Assembly (NCBI GenBank): GCA_013265495.1
Contig: MU058475.1
Location: 496,001 to 542,993, forward strand
DNA length: 46,993 nucleotides
Reading direction: 5' to 3'
From: Vicugna vicugna
Lineage: Eukaryota
Shown here: piece after piece, positions 36,098 to 46,993 of the stretch
Layout of the letters: every line of letters starts with the position of its first letter
Numbering within the stretch: position 1 is the stretch's first letter
Position numbers and translations under genes: made by a program
Notes under the pieces: generated by a model
The model's input: only the letters and a program-made list of their open reading frames with translations
Database searches by the model: none
Told to the model about the DNA's origin: nothing

Positions 36098-36317
36098 TAG
36101 CACAGGGAACTATATTCAATTTCTTGTAATAACATATAATGAAAAAGAATCTGAAAAAAATGTATGTATATGTATAACTGAATCACTTTGCTGTGAAGTC
36201 ACCTGAAACTAACACTGTAAATCAACTACACTTCAATAAAAAATAAAATTTACAAACTATATATACAAATCCTAACATAAATTAAAGTTAAACAAACAAA
36301 CAAACAAATAAATAAAC
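36098..36317 (+). mobile_element. Artiodactyl-type L1 3' tail with (AAAC)n/poly(A)
   Basis: agcacagggaactatattcaat...gtataactgaatcactttgctgt...cttcaataaa; gttaggt repeated on both flanks. Confidence 0.85.
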
Positions 36318-37846
36318 AAATGTTAGGTCAAGTGCAAATACCGAAATCTGTTTTCTCGGCTAAACTTTTCAATAACTGGGGCTTTCATCCTGGTCAGCCC
36401 GGGACGGGGTGTGCAGCCCAAATCAGCGCACTGATGTGAAGAGGCTGCGCACAGCGAAGTTTCTAAAAGGAGGCAGTAAAAGGCATTAGTTCTGCTGCCA
36501 TGAAAACGGGGGAAGATGTAGGCTTCATCTTACTGCAGGCTTTCTCTCTGTTTCAGAAAATCTTAGTGTTACGGCAGAAAAAAACATTAAATTATTAAAG
36601 TCCGTGCTTAAGAAGCTGAAGAGAGGTGTTTTATGAACACCCCTGTGACCATTAAATCCATTTGACTGTGGGCAGTGATTTTATTTTCTTAAACTTGTGG
36701 TGACATGCTCCTTTGACTCATGCACACTGCTTTCTGAGGCAGCTCCCTGGTTTAAGAAGCACCTGGAATGGAAAGGAGAAGAAATAGCAAAGGAAGGCTT
36801 GCTCATCTGGAAAAAGGTCCCGGGGCCAGGAGTCCTCCTGATTAGCTATGCACATGTGCCAAGGGCTCTGCGGAAGAAGGGATGCAGTTGTCATGGGGAC
36901 GGGGGAGGGGGCTGCAAGGGAAATTAATGCCATCATGATGGAGGGTGGAGGTCTCACCTGTGTGGCTGTAAACTTTAGACTGGGATTAGATTGGAGGGTA
37001 GTCATTATAAACTTTCACTGGGGTTGCAACACTGATGTTCCTTTGATTTTTACTATAATTGTGTGTTTCTCATACATTCCTTCCAGTTGTGTGGTGTATA
37101 TTGGGTTTAAATTAAAGCAAATTTAAACTCCTTTCTTTTCAGGTTTTCCTTATATCCCTTGACAATTTAAGACATCCTGGGGGTGCCGAGACGGGGCTGG
37201 GTCTGGGTTGTTACGTTTGGAAGCGGTGGGTGAGATCCTGTGAGGGGGTGAGGTAATTCACGCCGAGCGCTTAGTAAAGAGAACAGAGAATACAAACAAG
37301 AAACATCCTGGTAGAAGCCAACCTCTACAGGGCAGCGGAGGAGAGGCTTGGAAAGAAAGCCAAGAGGGAGCAGCCAGAAAGGGGACAGCAGCTCAGGAGC
37401 ACGGCAGCCAGCAGAGGACACAGGTCAGGAGGAAGGGAGAGACTGAAAATATGAACTGTCCCAGCGAGGCGAGGCTGCTGAAGGCTCCAGGTAGAGGCAG
37501 TGATGAACCTGGAAAAATCCTCAACAGAAAGGTGGGGGCAAAACAAATGGCTGTGTGTGCTGAAGTGTGATGGGAGGTGGAGGTGAAACAGGGGTTGTGT
37601 TACCGCTGTGTGTGTGTGTATGCATGATTTTTTTTCATTAAAGCATTTTATGTAGGGATAAGAGCTGCAAAGAAAATAATACAAGATAAAGGGATAGATA
37701 ATGATAAAATGGGGTGCTATTTTTAATGGAGGGCTCAGAGGAGGCCCCAGGACAGGTGACACTTGTGCGGAGAGCTGACTGCAGGGACGGAGTGGATCAC
37801 AGACATCCGTGCAAAGGCCCCAAGAAGGAATCGCTGTGGGGGGGGG

Positions 37847-37995
37847 TTGTTTTTGTTTTTGTTTTTGTTTTGTTTTTTGTTGTTGTTGTCTTTATTGAAG
37901 TACTGTCAGTTACAATGTGTCAATTTCTGGGGCACAGCACAATGTCCCCATCATGCATATACATACACATATTCGTTTTCATATTTTTCACTGTG
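37847..37995 (-). mobile_element. Young L1 3' tail, same type as 3006-3119
   Basis: (GTTTTT)n tail then tttattgaagtactgtcagttacaatgtgtcaatttctggggcacagcacaatgtccca. Confidence 0.85.
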
Positions 37996-38092
37996 TGTGT
38001 TTTTAAGTCGGTCTTATTGAAATACAATTTTATAACCAATAAAACTCACCAATTTTAAGTGTACATTTTGATGACTTTGACAAATGTATATA

Positions 38093-38420
38093 CAATCATC
38101 CCTTGAGGTACCCTCTGAGGATTGGTTCCAGCCACCCCTCTCTCCACCCCTGGCAGGTGCTCAACTCCCTTATATAAAATGGTGGGGTTTTGGCACATAA
38201 CCCCTATGCAATCCTCTGGGCACTTTAAATCATCTCTAGATTACTTATAATATCTAATACAATGTAAATACTATGTAAGTAATTGTAAACACAATGTAAA
38301 TACTATGCAAATAGTTTCCTGTGTGGCAAATTCAAGCTTTGCTTTCTGGAATTTTCTGGAATTTTTTTTTCCAAATTTTTTTAAATAGAGGTACTGGGCA
38401 TTGAACCCAGGATCAACTGT
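38093..38420 (+). mobile_element. MER2/MER2B (TcMar-Tigger) with a short minus-strand SINE fragment at ~38375-38412
   Basis: ggattggttccag, ctcccttatataaaatgg, ctttaaatcatctctagattacttataat; gaggtactgggcattgaacccagga is the reverse of the SINE B-box. Confidence 0.8.
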
Positions 38421-38734
38421 TGTCTCAGCAGTTTGCTCCTTTTTCCTCACTGAATAGTATTCCCTAGTATGAATATACCAAAAGGTGTTGGTCCATTCAC
38501 CAGTTGATGGACATTTGGTTGTTCCCAGTTTGGGGCTATTATGAATAAAGCTGCTAGAAATATATGAAAACATGTGAACATTTTTTTTTCATTTCTCTTA
38601 GGTAAACACTTAGTAGAAAGATTTCTGGGAATAAGGTAAGTTTCTATTTAACTTTATAAGAAATTGTCAAACTGTTCATCGAAGTGGCTGTACCATTTTG
38701 CATCCCCTCCATTTTTGGTGAGAGTTCTACCAAA

Positions 38735-38785
38735 AATATCAAGTTTTGGCAAAGTTGCTATACATCTTTGCCAAAACTTGATATT
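38735..38785. repeat. Perfect 20-bp inverted repeat with 11-nt loop
   Basis: aatatcaagttttggcaaag (38735-38754) and ctttgccaaaacttgatatt (38766-38785). Confidence 0.95.
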
Positions 38786-41700
38786 GACAATCTCTTTACA
38801 TTTAATTATTCTAATGGGCATGCAGTAGAAAATCACTGGGATTTAAATTTGCATTTCCCTCACGATGAATAATGTTGGCCATCTTTTCATAGGCATATTT
38901 ATATATCTAATTTGGTGATGTGTCAATAAACATTTCACCCACTTCTTAATTGGGTTTTTTGTCTTCTTATTATTAAAGTTGTAAAAGTTCTTTGTGAATT
39001 CTAGATTCTAATTCTTTAGTTGTATGTTTATAAATGTTCCCTCCCAGCTGTAGCTTGCCCTTTCATTTTCTTAACAGCATTTTAAAAATAGCAATATCTG
39101 TAATTTTGGGGATGCTTAACTTATTCTTTTACAGTTCATGATTTTTTTGTCCTAAATTTTTTTTTTTGCTCAACCCAAATTATAATTTTTTCCTGTTTTT
39201 CCTTCTAGGAGCTTCCTCTATGACTTTATATCTTAGGTTCAGGTTTATTACCCAATTTGAATTAATTTTGAATATGGTCTGAGGTTCATCTTTATATGAC
39301 GTTCAAGTATTTGTCAGACAGATAATCCACTCCCCATTGAATTGATATCTTTGCCAAAAATCAATTCAGCATATACACATGGTTGCCTTTCTGGTCTCTA
39401 TTTTTTCCCCTTTGATCTAATTATTGATTTCTGCAGTTGTATTTTAAATCAGTTGAGAGGAAAAAAATGAATTTGAAACAAAAAAAATGTATATTGTCTT
39501 TTATTTACGTATATAGTTACCTTTGTTCCTTCAAGCTGATTTGAGTCACTGTTTAGAGCCCTCTGATCCCAGCCTGGAATGCTCCCTCCAGTAGTTCTTG
39601 GAGGAGGGGTTGGCTAGGAACAAATTCTCTCAGGTTTTATTGCATGTGAATGTCTTAATTTTTCCTTCATTTTGGAAGGCTTGCTCGGCTGGATTTAGAA
39701 TTCTTGATTAATCTTTTTCTTCCAAGATTTTGACTATGCCATCCCACCGCCTTCTGGCCTCCATGGTTCCTGATGAGAAGTACACTGCTGATCTTTGTGA
39801 GGCTCCATACTCATGAGTTGCTTAGTTTTTGACACTTTCATGAGTCTCTCTTTGTCTTTGACCTTCAGTGGGGTGACTATGATGTGCCTAGCTGTAGATC
39901 TCTTTAATTTATCCTACTTGAAATTTGTTGAGCTTATTGAGCATGTAGCTTAATGTTTTGCATCAAATTTGGGAAGTGTTCAGCCACTATTTCTTCAAAT
40001 ATTCTTTCTGCCCATTTCTCTCTCTCCTCTTTTCAGAACTCCCATCATACGTATGTTGGTATGTTTGATAGTGCCCACAGATCTCTGAGACTCTGTTCAT
40101 TTTCCTTCCTTCATTTTTCTTTCTCTTCCTCAGACGAATAATCTCAATGGACCTATTTTCAAATTTGCTGATTCTTTTTCTGCTCAAATTTGCTGCTGAG
40201 CCCATTCAGGCCTTCATTTGAAGGAGTATACTCTTTGATTCTCAAATTTCTAATTTCTATTTGTGTGTATATACATATATAATTATAGTAGATATATACA
40301 CATATGATTTTTATCTCTTCCTAGTCTCTTTGTTGAAACATTGTTCTCACACTTTTCTTTAGCTCTTTATACATGATTTCCTTTAGTTCTTTGAACATAT
40401 TCAAAATATCTGACCTAAAGTTTTGTCTAGTAAGTCCAAAGTCTGGACCCCCTCAGAGATAATTTTCTATTGACTGATTTTTCTTTCCTGTGCATGGGGC
40501 ATATTTTGTTTTTCTTTGCATCTCTCCAAACGTTTTGTTGAAATTATGTAATGTGGCACATCTGAAAGTCAGAATCACCCTCTCTTTAGGGTTTATGGTT
40601 GTTGATGTTTGTTTACCGACTGTTCTGAACTAATTCCATTGAGTCTATAGTTTGTAATCATGTATGTCCTCTGAAGTCTCTGCTTGGTTAGTTAAGAAGT
40701 CAGCTCATCAGAAATTTCCTTAAATGCCTGGAACCAATAAGCCTCCCAGGCTTTGCTGTGGGGCTCTGTGTGTATGTTGGGGGACACATTCAACTTGCAG
40801 CCAGACAGTGTACGTTTCTGCTTTGGTCTTCACTTGCTGCTTGCACACAGCCTCAAGGTCAGCCAGAGATGAAAGCAGAGAGCCTTCTCAGATTTCTCCT
40901 GAAGATGCACATAGATCTGAGCATGCACACAGTCCTCCATGGGCACGTGACCAACTAGATTCCCAGCAATAGGTCAGAGCTTTTCAAAGCCTCCTATGGA
41001 CATCTCATTACTCAGCTTTTACTTTTAAGCTTTTGGGGAACTTATTCTTTGCCCCAAATGCTATATCACTGCCTCAGACAGCTGCAATGTTAGACAGTTG
41101 CTTGTGACTGCTTCCAGCAAACACCCCTAGGGAAAAGGCTTTGTGCACTGGGCAAGCTCCTAGTCAGGTTAAATAGAAATTTTATGAGTGGTCTCTTTCA
41201 GCGTACCATTGAATGGGTCAAAAAATGACAGTTCTCTGGGAATGAGGCTTGAGTCCCAACCCCATTTTGCCCCTTCTAGTGGCCACCAGGCTGCTGGCTT
41301 TCACTGTGATTGTGGGCTGTTTGTTTTCAGAGCTACTGAAGAGTTGGGGAAATGGGCATGAAAACTGGGGAGATTAAAATACCACAAAGCTTGAGATTCA
41401 GCTACTTTTCTTGAATAAAGGCTCCTCCATGTGCTGCAAGTTTTTGGTTAATTTCCAGAGTAAGAAAAAGTTGACTCTGACAAATTTTCCCGGTGGTCTC
41501 ACCGCCATTATGGAAGAGAAGTTTTTGGAGGTTCTTCCTCTGCCATTCTTTCTGACATCCTGTCCCTTTGATCTACATGTTTGTCTAGGTACAGATGTCT
41601 CCTTGAACACTGCATCTTTAAATCTTAAAGCCATGTAGTGTGAATATTCCAACTTGGTTCTTATTTTTCAAAATTGTTTTCAGTATTCTAAGTCATTTGC

Positions 41701-42685
41701 ATTTACCTATAAATTTTAGATGTGACTTGCCAGTGTTTATCCAATGAGCCAACTGGGATTTTGATTAGGGTTCTCTAAATCTATAAATCAATTTTGGGAA
41801 AAACGACACTAAAAAATATTGAGTCTTCCAATTCATAAACATGATATATCTCTCCATTTAGTTAGGTCTTCTCTAATTTTTCTCAACACTATTTTGTAGT
41901 CTTCAGTGTACAGGTCTTGAACATATTTTCCAAACTATATCAATAAATATTTAAATTTAATTGTTTATTGCTAGAGAAATATAATTTTATATATCAATAT
42001 TGCTAAACTCACCTAAGAGTTTAGCTACTGTTTTTGTAAAATCATTAGTATTTTACACATATACAATCATGTCACATCATCTGTTAATACAATCAGTTTT
42101 GCTTTTTGCTTTTGACGTCTATGCATTTGACTTCTTTTTCTGAATATTCTGAACTGATAAGCACATCTGGTATGAAGTAAAATAGAAAAAGCAAGAGTAG
42201 ATATTCCTGTCTTGCTCTAGATCGTAGAGGCGAAGCATTCTATTTTTTATCACTAAGTATAATTGTTAGATGTACCAGATTGAGGAAATTCTCTTCCATT
42301 CCTGCTTTCCATTCCAATCCATTTATTGCTGAGTTTTTCAAAACCATAAATGGGTGCTAAATTTTGTCAAATGCTTTTTCAGCATCTATTGATGCTGATT
42401 GAGATGATTGTACAATTTTTCCTTGTAAATCTGTTAACATGGTGAACTACATTGATTTTTCACATGTTAACCAAATCTTACTTTCCTGGCATAAACTTCA
42501 CTTGGTAATGGTGTATTCTGAATTATATTACTAGATTTTACTTGCTAAATGTTTGCTAAGAATTTTTCCTATGTTCCTGGAGGGTATTAGTCTGCAATTT
42601 TCTTTTTTTGTAATGTCTTTGTGTGGTTTTGTTATCAGGACAATATTAGCCTCACAGAATGAGTTGGGAAAATGTTCCCTCTTCT

Positions 42686-42857
42686 TTTTTTTTCTTAATT
42701 GAAGTATAGTTAATTTACAGTGTTGTATTTCTAGTGTACAGCCTAGTGATTCAGAGATATATATAGATAGATACATAGACATATTCTTTTTCATTACAGG
42801 TTACTACAAGCCATCAAATATGGTTCCCTGCGCTATACAGTAGGACCTTGTTGTTTA
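42686..42857 (-). mobile_element. Short L1 3' tail inserted in an older L1
   Basis: Poly(T), aattgaagtatagtt, tatacagtaggaccttgttgtttat; 10-bp TSD tccctcttct (42676-42685/42858-42867). Confidence 0.9.
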
Positions 42858-43049
42858 TCCCTCTTCTATTTTCTTGAAGAGTTTGTATACAATTGGTATT
42901 ATTCCTTTTCTAAATGTTGGGTATAATTCATCAGTGGAACCCCTGAGCCTAGAGGTTACTTTGTAAGAGGTTCTTTTTAAGACATTTTTATTTAGAATGG
43001 TTTTCCAGCTGACATTGATACATTATTAATGAAAATCCATACTTTATTC

Positions 43050-44725
43050 CTTTTTTAACATTTTTTGTTGATTTATAATCATTTTACAATGTTGTGTCAA
43101 ATTCCAGTGTAGAGCACGATTTTTCAGTTATACATGCACATATATATATATATATTCATTGTCACATTTTTTTCTCTGTGAGCTACCATAAGATCTTGTA
43201 TATATTTCCCTGTGCTACACAGTATAATCTTGTTTATCTATTCTACAATTTTGAAATCCCGTCTATCCCTTCCCACCCTTCGCCCCCTTGGCAACCACAA
43301 GTTTGTATTCTCTGTCTATGAGTCTGTTTCTGTTTTGTATTTATGCTTTGTTTGTTTGTTTGTTTNNNNNNNNNNNNNNNNNNNNNNNNNNNNNNNNNNN
43401 NNNNNNNNNNNNNNNNNNNNNNNNNNNNNNNNNNNNNNNNNNNNNNNNNNNNNNNNNNNNNNNNNNNNNNNNNNNNNNNNNNNNNNNNNNNNNNNNNNNN
43501 NNNNNNNNNNNNNNNNNNNNNNNNNNNNNNNNNNNNNNNNNNNNNNNNNNNNNNNNNNNNNNNNNNNNNNNNNNNNNNNNNNNNNNNNNNNNNNNNNNNN
43601 NNNNNNNNNNNNNNNNNNNNNNNNNNNNNNNNNNNNNNNNNNNNNNNNNNNNNNNNNNNNNNNNNNNNNNNNNNNNNNNNNNNNNNNNNNNNNNNNNNNN
43701 NNNNNNNNNNNNNNNNNNNNNNNNNNNNNNNNNNNNNNNNNNNNNNNNNNNNNNNNNNNNNNNNNNNNNNNNNNNNNNNNNNNNNNNNNNNNNNNNNNNN
43801 NNNNNNNNNNNNNNNNNNNNNNNNNNNNNNNNNNNNNNNNNNNNNNNNNNNNNNNNNNNNNNNNNNNNNNNNNNNNNNNNNNNNNNNNNNNNNNNNNNNN
43901 NNNNNNNNNNNNNNNNNNNNNNNNNNNNNNNNNNNNNNNNNNNNNNNNNNNNNNNNNNNNNNNNNNNNNNNNNNNNNNNNNNNNNNNNNNNNNNNNNNNN
44001 NNNNNNNNNNNNNNNNNNNNNNNNNNNNNNNNNNNNNNNNNNNNNNNNNNNNNNNNNNNNNNNNNNNNNNNNAAAAAATGGAAAGATATCCCATGCTCCT
44101 GGATTGGAAGAATCAATATTGTTAAAATGGTCACACTGCCCAAGGCAATCTACAGATTTAATCCAATCCCTGTCAAATTACCCAGGACATATTTCACAGA
44201 ACTAGAACAAAACATAATAAAATTTACATGGAACCATTAAAGACCTAGAATTGCCAAAGCATTACTGAAGAGAAAGAAAGAGGCTGGAGGAGTAACTCTC
44301 TCAGACTTCAGAGAATACTATAGAGCTACAGTCATCAAGACAGCATGGTATGGGTACAAAAACAGACATATGGACCAATGGAACAGAACAGAGAGCCCAT
44401 AAATGAACCCACAAACTTTTGGTCAACTCATCTTCGACAAAGGAGGCAAAAATATACAATGGAATAAAGGCAGTCTCTTCAGCAAATGATGTTGGGAAAA
44501 CTGGACAGCCACATGTAAAGCAGTCAAGCTAGAACACTTCGTACACCATACACAAAAATCAACTCAAAATGGATCAAAGACTTAAACATAAGACAAGATA
44601 CAATAAACCTCCTAGAAGAAAATATAGGCAACACATTATCTGACATACATCTCAAGAATGTTCTAGAACAGTCTACTCAAGCAATAGAAATAAAAGCAAG
44701 AATAAACAAATGGGACCTAATGAAA
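43050..44725. mobile_element. Young L1 with minus-strand 3' end and plus-strand ORF2 segment (5' inversion), spanning a gap
   Basis: 43050-43365 is the reverse complement homolog of 28150-28480; 44073-44725 encodes [18 protein letters not shown]...KWDLMK on + with stops; TSD-like catactttattc/catacttcactc. Confidence 0.85.
43366..44072. other. Assembly gap (707 N)
   Basis: Run of n characters. Confidence 1.
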
Positions 44726-44737
44726 CATACTTCACTC

Positions 44738-45125
44738 TTATTTAAAAATTTTTTACCTAATGTCCTTTTTTGTTGTTTTTCCAGATCATCTAGGGCACAC
44801 AACACTTCTAGTCATCGTGTCACTTTAGGGTCTTTTTGGTTGTGACAGTTTCTAAGACTTCCCTTGTTTTTGATGATCTTGAATTTTTGAGGAGTACTGT
44901 CCAAAGTGTTGTCCAAACTGTCTCTAAACTGAAGCTTATTTGATGTTTTTTCATGATTAGACTGGGGTAGTGAGTTTTGGGGAAGAAGACCACAGAGCTG
45001 AAGTACCACTCTTATCACATGATACTGAGGATACATCCTATTAACATAATTTACCATTATTGATACTAACTTTGATCACCTAGCTGAGAACTGATTTTCA
45101 GGTTTCTTCACTGTAAATTTACTAA
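44738..45125 (-). mobile_element. L1MC-like 3'UTR, host of the inverted L1, continuing from ~43000-43049
   Basis: ttttacctaatgtcctttt, catgattagactgggg, gaagaccacagag, ttgatcacctagctgag. Confidence 0.75.
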
Positions 45126-45129
45126 TTTT

Positions 45130-46993
45130 TCTATTAGGAAGTTTGAATGATACATTTAATTTCATTAATAGATAAAGGGCTATCAATAACTTATTTCTCA
45201 AGTTAGGTTTCTGTTTTTCACGGACGTTGTCCATTTTGTTAAGTTGCTGAATTTATTAACATAAATTGTTCATACTTCTCCTTAATGTCCTCTGCATGTC
45301 TATAGAATCTAGAATGGTGCTCCTCTCTCATTCTTAATAATAGTAATTTGTGTCTTTTCTCTTTTTAATTTTTTCTGTATCTTTTCTTGTCTTTTTTATG
45401 TCTTATTTATCAGATGGACTCGGGGGTTATAAATTGTATAGATCTCACGGAATTAGCTTTTGGTCTCATTGGTTATTTTCTATTGTTATATTTTCCAGTT
45501 TATCCATTTCTTTTTTATCTTCACTGTTTCCTTTTTTCTTGGCCTTAATTTGCTCTTCCTTTTATAGGCTGTTCAGAAGGAAGCCTCATTCTTTGATTTT
45601 TGGAGCTATTTATATCATATAAGTATATGATGCTATAAATTTCCCTCTAAGTACTGCTTTAACTGAAACCAACAAATTTTGCTGTGTTATATTTCCATTT
45701 TTAATTGGTCAACTGTCTTCTAATTTCCCTTGTGACTTCTTCTTTGGACTATTTAGAAGTATGTTGTTTAATTTCCAAAGTTTTCTGTGTTCCTCATTCA
45801 ATTGTATTGATCCAAATTTCCATCTGGTAGCATTTTCCCCAAGAAGAATTAACTTCCTGTAATATTTCTTATGGTAGGTTTGGTGGTGATAAATTGCTCA
45901 TATTTTACTATCTGAAAAAACTTTTATTTCCATTTCACTTCTGAAAGCTATTTTTTCCTGGGTATGAAATTCTAGATTGACAGTTTTCTTTGTTCAGTGC
46001 TTAAAATATGTCATTCCATTGTCATCAGGCTGACATCGTCTCCAACAAGAATTCTTCTGACATTCTTATTTTTCTTTCTGGGTGTCTTTTTCTTTTGGCT
46101 GCTTGAAAAATTTTCCCTCTATCTTCGGTTTTCAGCAATTTAATTATGGTGTTCCTTCATGTAGTTTTCTTTGTTTCTTCTGCTTGGGTTTCATTGAGAT
46201 TCTTGAATCTATGGTTTATAGGTTTCATCAAATTTGGAAAAATTTTGGCCATTGTATCTTTATTTTTTTCTCTCTCTTTTCCATTCCTTCTAGGACCCTG
46301 CTTACATGTTTGTCAGACTGCTGGATATTTTCTCACGTATCCCTGAAACTCTGGAGGTTTTTTTTTTTTTCCAATCTTTTTTTCTCTCTGTACTCAATTT
46401 TGAAGAGTTTCCATTGCTATGTCTTTACATTCACCAGTATTTCTTCCTGCTACATCTAATCTACTGGTAACTCTAGTGTGTTTTTCATTTCAGATATTGT
46501 ATTCTCCATCTTCAGAAGCTCCATTGCATTTCTCGCCTTGTCATATTTGTCTTTTCCTGCACTTTCTTGAACAGTGGAGCATATTTATAATTCTTAATAT
46601 CCTTGTCTGCTATTTCTATCATTTCTGTCATTTCTGGGTCTGTTTCTATGGGTTATTTTTTCTCCTAATAATAGGTCATATTGTCTTGCATTTTGCATGC
46701 CTCACAACTTTTGGTTGGTTGGTGGACATTGTGATTTTCACATTTTTGGGTGCTAGATTTCTTTCATGTTCCTTTAAAAGATATAGAGCTTAGTTACAGG
46801 AGGCTGTAAGCTCCTTGGATTATCTTTGCTCCTTTCATGCTTTGCTGTTAAGCTCTCTTAGGGTGGGTCTGGAGCAGTCTTCAGTCCAGGTTTAATACAT
46901 CCCAACTACGAAGGAGGCATCTTCCTCAGGACTGTACCTGATGTCTTCTGTATCACAAAGGCTGTCCAGGCTGGCTGGCGGAAACACAAATTA
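45130..46993 (-). mobile_element. Old L1 (ORF2 N-terminal region, ORF1, 5' region)
   Basis: gctataaatttccctctaagtactgcttta, tatttagaagtatgttgtttaatttccaa, catcaaatttggaaaaattttggccatt. Confidence 0.75.

Larger units (their letters stand above)
38000..43037 (-). mobile_element. Mosaic of old L1 segments (3'UTR/ORF2, ORF1/5'UTR, RT region)
   Basis: ORF 38271..38573 KCPSTGEWTNTFWYIHTREYYS; ORF 39987..40205 RISKFENRSIEII (ORF1 coiled coil); ORF 42531..42794 PNSFCEANIVLITKPHKDITKKENCRLI (RT). Confidence 0.85.

Noticed and set aside
38257..38315. Tandem acaatgtaaatactatg repeat
   Set aside because: It lies inside MER2B and, as I recall, is part of that consensus.
41266..41288. CTCF-like motif (also ~1970 and ~34385)
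   Set aside because: Core mismatches or wrong spacing; not supportable without a PWM scan.
43212..44240. 260-342 aa ORFs
   Set aside because: Artefacts of translating through the N gap.

Overview
Mammalian non-coding genomic DNA, most likely camelid (alpaca/camel-type tRNA-derived SINEs and L1 3' tails; this assignment is from memory, not a search). I find no supportable host gene, RNA gene or CRISPR array. The ORF track is chance ORFs plus decayed L1 ORF1/ORF2 and Tigger transposase relics. The left ~30 kb is GC-rich and holds 12 ERV1-type solo LTRs from about 6 families, including five copies of one ~515-bp family. Eleven have TG..CA-type ends and a readable 4-bp target-site duplication (TSD); five TSDs are imperfect. 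They are mixed with older MaLR/ERVL LTRs, MIR, L2 and MER DNA transposons. The right ~16 kb is increasingly AT-rich and built from nested L1s, including a young 5'-inverted (twin-primed) L1 spanning a 707-N gap. The most notable signals are the solo-LTR density, two L1 inversions, two template-switch hairpins, a ~154-bp tandem duplication and several candidate enhancer motif clusters. I see no evidence of a new coding system. Repeat family names are from recognition and need RepeatMasker/Dfam confirmation.
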